Source of the DNA: Bdellovibrionales bacterium
GTDB lineage: Bacteria > Bdellovibrionota > Bdellovibrionia > Bdellovibrionales > UBA1609
Direction: 5' to 3'
Length of the DNA: 58,644 bases
Assembly: GCA_013216195.1 (NCBI GenBank)
Contig: JABSOQ010000005.1
Location: 1 to 58,644, forward strand
The notes below the pieces were generated by a model that saw only the letters and a list, made by a program, of their open reading frames with translations, did not search any database and was not told the origin of the DNA. Both the position numbers and the translations under genes were made by a program. Numbering within the stretch: position 1 is the first letter of the stretch; the number at the start of each line of letters is the position of its first letter. This document shows positions 56,274 to 58,644 of the stretch, piece by piece.

Positions 56274-58644
56274 TTTCTAATCCTCTGCTTGTCTTCGTGC
56301 CCTAGCTGATCAATGACTTGCTGACTATCAGAGCTGTAGACTCCAGCTAGCACGTCTAAAAACTCATTCATTAATCTTGCTTTGTCATTCTCCGACCAGC
56401 CTTCAGATATAGAACTCATGGCAAATCGATAAAACAATTTCATCGGGTTCTCAAGGCTACTTCCTGAATCTTTGTACTTTTCTTGCTTCAATGACTTAAT
56501 TAGAGCCCTTGTAACCGTGGCACCTGATTGCCCAGTTTTTTCGGCTTCAATCTTAATTCGAGTTAGCGCGTCTTTGAAGTTGATAAAAGCTTTGTTCGGC
56601 AAGTCTGCCTCTGAAGCTGCATCATAGTTTACAGCCTCGGCCTCCAACAAGGTCAGGTAGCTTTGTACATCCATCAGTCGGTTGAGATCTTCGTAGGGAA
56701 TGTGCTGATGAGAGACTTTCCCGATGTCGCCCTCAGAGTCGATGGCGTACTTTTCTATCATCTTACTGACATCCTCGTTCCAATCACCGATCGTCACCGC
56801 ATTCAGCGCAAGATCAACACTGGGGTCTACTTTCGACCTGGCCTGCTCGACCTTTGCAAACTGAATGTTGGCAATCGCATCAGTTAGCAGCAAAATATTG
56901 GCTCGCTCAAGCTCACCACCATTTTCTTGATGTTCTGCGATCAATTCAAAAGCCTTAATCATCCCTTCGCTAATACTATCGTCTCCACCCGCCCCTAGTG
57001 GGTTCGCTCTCATGTTGTCAAAAAAGCCCTGGGCCATTTTCATGTCAGCCAACCGCTCAGGCTCGTGTGGTCTAGCATCGAAAGGAATCATATAGAGCAC
57101 ATGAGTGCCTTCTTCTCTAGCGACCTCGAGCTGGCTTTTGTCTACAAAACTGTTGATGATCGCGTTTCTAGCTACAAATTTGTTGTTACTGCTCATCGAA
57201 CCACTAATGTCGTACAAGACGATTGTGACTTTGTTCGACAGTGGCTTCTTCGGGTTAGTGACATCTTCAGGAGCTCGGTAAGCTTGCTTAAGAGAATCGC
57301 CAGACAGAATTCTCATAATCTCAACAGGGATCGGGTATCCATCTTTAATCATATCTTGAACCTCTTCAAAATCTGTCACCGATTCGACATTGAAATCAAA
57401 TTCGTTAATTGGCTCAAAATCGCCAATGGGCTTTGCCACATTATGCGGCTTAAAAACCTCATTGACCAGAATGTCAACGAAGGGCGCCATTCTGCTAAAC
57501 AAGAGGAGGTCATTGAGCTTACCGCCACGAATGTCGCGAGCGAGGTTCTCCCAGTCCATGGTATCTTTTGGGCTTCTACTCGGGTAATCGCGAGACAAGG
57601 CTGAGCGTGACAAAGGCCCTTGCATGAGGTTGTAGAAAGCCTCGCCGATATCTTTTTCACTCACAACACTATCTCTCTCGAACAACGAAAGGGCTTTGTC
57701 TACGAAAGTCTTAAGTCTGCTCTCGGCTGGTGTAAAACTTCGGTGCTCGTCGATTTCTTTCAGGACTCGTGCAACATATTTGAGTTTTCGGTACATGCCT
57801 ACGCTCTGTGCTTTCGAAGTCTTGATTACCGATAGCCCTAAGTCTTCATAGTCTTTATGTTCGATCTCGTAGATCTGTAGCTCTTCAAGATAGCTCGCCG
57901 CCCTTTGAGCGTATTGCTGAAGAAAGTTTAAACCCTGCATTCTCTGATGAAGCTCATTGGCGATAGACATGTACTCAGTAATGGCTTTTCTATACTGGTT
58001 CGAATTTTGATAATTCGAAATTGTTTTCTCCCAAGCCATATCCATAAACTTTTTGACCAGATCGTTCAGCTGCTCTTGGCTAAGATCAGTAAACTCATCA
58101 CGCCGTGACTCATCTTCGAACGCCGGTTGATTGGGTGTTGGTGATTCTTCATTCAAGGAGTCGTTGAAAGACTCATCTTGTCTGGCCACTGCCTCATCGT
58201 GTTCTTGTTTAACTTTGTCTAGGTCGAGCTTAGAGAAATCTTTATCTGCTGCCACATCTTTTGCTGGGTCAAACAAATCGCTAGATTCGCTCGAGCTCTG
58301 CTCGGATTGCTTGCCCTCAAGTAAGTCTTTTAAAGCATCACGGATCATTTGTCCCAGATGCCCGCCACCTTCTTGCAAGCCATCTTGGCCATCTTGCTGA
58401 TCGCTACCTTCTTTCGTTTCTTGAACGCCTCCCGTTGGCTGACCGCTATTCTCACCTAAGACGTCACCATCACCGCCGCCGCCTTCAGCTTCGCCGGCCT
58501 GACTCTCGCCACCTGACTCGCTTCCCGATTCACTGCCTGACTCGCTTCCAGATTCACTTCCAGATTCACTTCCAGATTCACTTCCAGATTCGCTTCCTGA
58601 TTCACTTCCAGATTCGCTTCCAGATTCACTACCAGATTCACTAC
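56258..58644 (-). CDS. von Willebrand factor A domain protein, N-terminally truncated by the window edge
   Basis: MIDAS motif VTIVLYDISGSMSS (DxSxS). My translation of the same frame upstream of the track start (TTG 58378) stays open to 58642. It reads ...SESGSESG(n)...GGESQAGEAEGGGGDGDVLGENSGQPTGGVQETKEGSDQQDGQDG-LQEGGGHLGQ. The 3-prime end overlaps the TraB/GumN gene by 16 nt. Confidence 0.7.
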   Translation of the reverse strand, partial: SESGSESGSESGSESGSESGSESGSESGSESGSESGSESGSESGGESQAGEAEGGGGDGDVLGENSGQPTGGVQETKEGSDQQDGQDGLQEGGGHLGQMIRDALKDLLEGKQSEQSSSESSDLFDPAKDVAADKDFSKLDLDKVKQEHDEAVARQDESFNDSLNEESPTPNQPAFEDESRRDEFTDLSQEQLNDLVKKFMDMAWEKTISNYQNSNQYRKAITEYMSIANELHQRMQGLNFLQQYAQRAASYLEELQIYEIEHKDYEDLGLSVIKTSKAQSVGMYRKLKYVARVLKEIDEHRSFTPAESRLKTFVDKALSLFERDSVVSEKDIGEAFYNLMQGPLSRSALSRDYPSRSPKDTMDWENLARDIRGGKLNDLLLFSRMAPFVDILVNEVFKPHNVAKPIGDFEPINEFDFNVESVTDFEEVQDMIKDGYPIPVEIMRILSGDSLKQAYRAPEDVTNPKKPLSNKVTIVLYDISGSMSSNNKFVARNAIINSFVDKSQLEVAREEGTHVLYMIPFDARPHEPERLADMKMAQGFFDNMRANPLGAGGDDSISEGMIKAFELIAEHQENGGELERANILLLTDAIANIQFAKVEQARSKVDPSVDLALNAVTIGDWNEDVSKMIEKYAIDSEGDIGKVSHQHIPYEDLNRLMDVQSYLTLLEAEAVNYDAASEADLPNKAFINFKDALTRIKIEAEKTGQSGATVTRALIKSLKQEKYKDSGSSLENPMKLFYRFAMSSISEGWSENDKARLMNEFLDVLAGVYSSDSQQVIDQLGHEDKQRIRNWITQ
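58515..58644. repeat. 12-nt tandem repeat, at least 10.8 units, coding (SESG)n on the minus strand
   Basis: Plus-strand units: GACTCGCTTCCC, GATTCACTGCCT, GACTCGCTTCCA, GATTCACTTCCA x3, GATTCGCTTCCT, GATTCACTTCCA, GATTCGCTTCCA, GATTCACTACCA, GATTCACTAC(cut). Confidence 0.9.

Noticed and set aside
58456-58641. 61-aa minus-strand ORF MNLVVNLEANLEVN... in the repeat region
   Set aside because: It is an alternative frame of the 12-nt repeat. The frame continuous with the vWA protein encodes SESG repeats and is open across the whole region.
58515-58644. Possible CRISPR array, because of the regular short repeats
   Set aside because: The units are 12 nt, directly adjacent with no spacers, and lie in an open reading frame. 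This is a coding minisatellite, not a CRISPR array.

Overview
Bacterial chromosomal segment with moderate GC by eye and Gram-negative-type lipoprotein and twin-arginine signals. All family calls come from motifs read by eye in the supplied translations, not from searches. Layout: (i) 0.4-9.2 kb holds five plus-strand genes for secreted or lipoprotein products. They include planctomycete-type DUF1588-like and DUF1501-like proteins and a candidate di-haem c-type cytochrome. (ii) 9.7-22.9 kb is the minus-strand S10-spc-alpha ribosomal superoperon, rpsJ to rplQ, 26 genes including secY, adk, rpmJ and rpoA. It has no room for rplX, rpsN, rpsD or infA. (iii) 23.4-35.4 kb is a mixed-strand glycan biosynthesis and modification block: two SAM methyltransferases, GT2, sulfotransferase, Gfo/Idh/MocA dehydrogenase, DegT aminotransferase, ATP-grasp, epimerase, HAD and two large membrane proteins. 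(iv) 35.6-51.8 kb is a dense redox-enzyme cluster: four complete Rieske oxygenases, a 2Fe-2S ferredoxin, two di-iron carboxylate proteins, a fatty-acid-hydroxylase-family protein, an Mpo1/DUF962-like protein, a GH3-like adenylating enzyme, two acyltransferase-like proteins, an SDR and an MMPL/RND-like exporter. It has no scaffold-forming synthase, and I regard it as the best candidate for an undescribed system. (v) 51.9-55.0 kb is the str operon rpsL-rpsG-fusA, without tuf. (vi) From 55.3 kb to the window end lies an overlapping TraB/GumN-like plus vWA gene pair. The vWA reading frame runs off the window through a 12-nt (SESG)n tandem repeat. Blocks iii and iv, about 29 kb, sit exactly where tuf normally joins the str and S10 operons. 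I recognised no rRNA, tRNA, CRISPR array, transposase or integrase.
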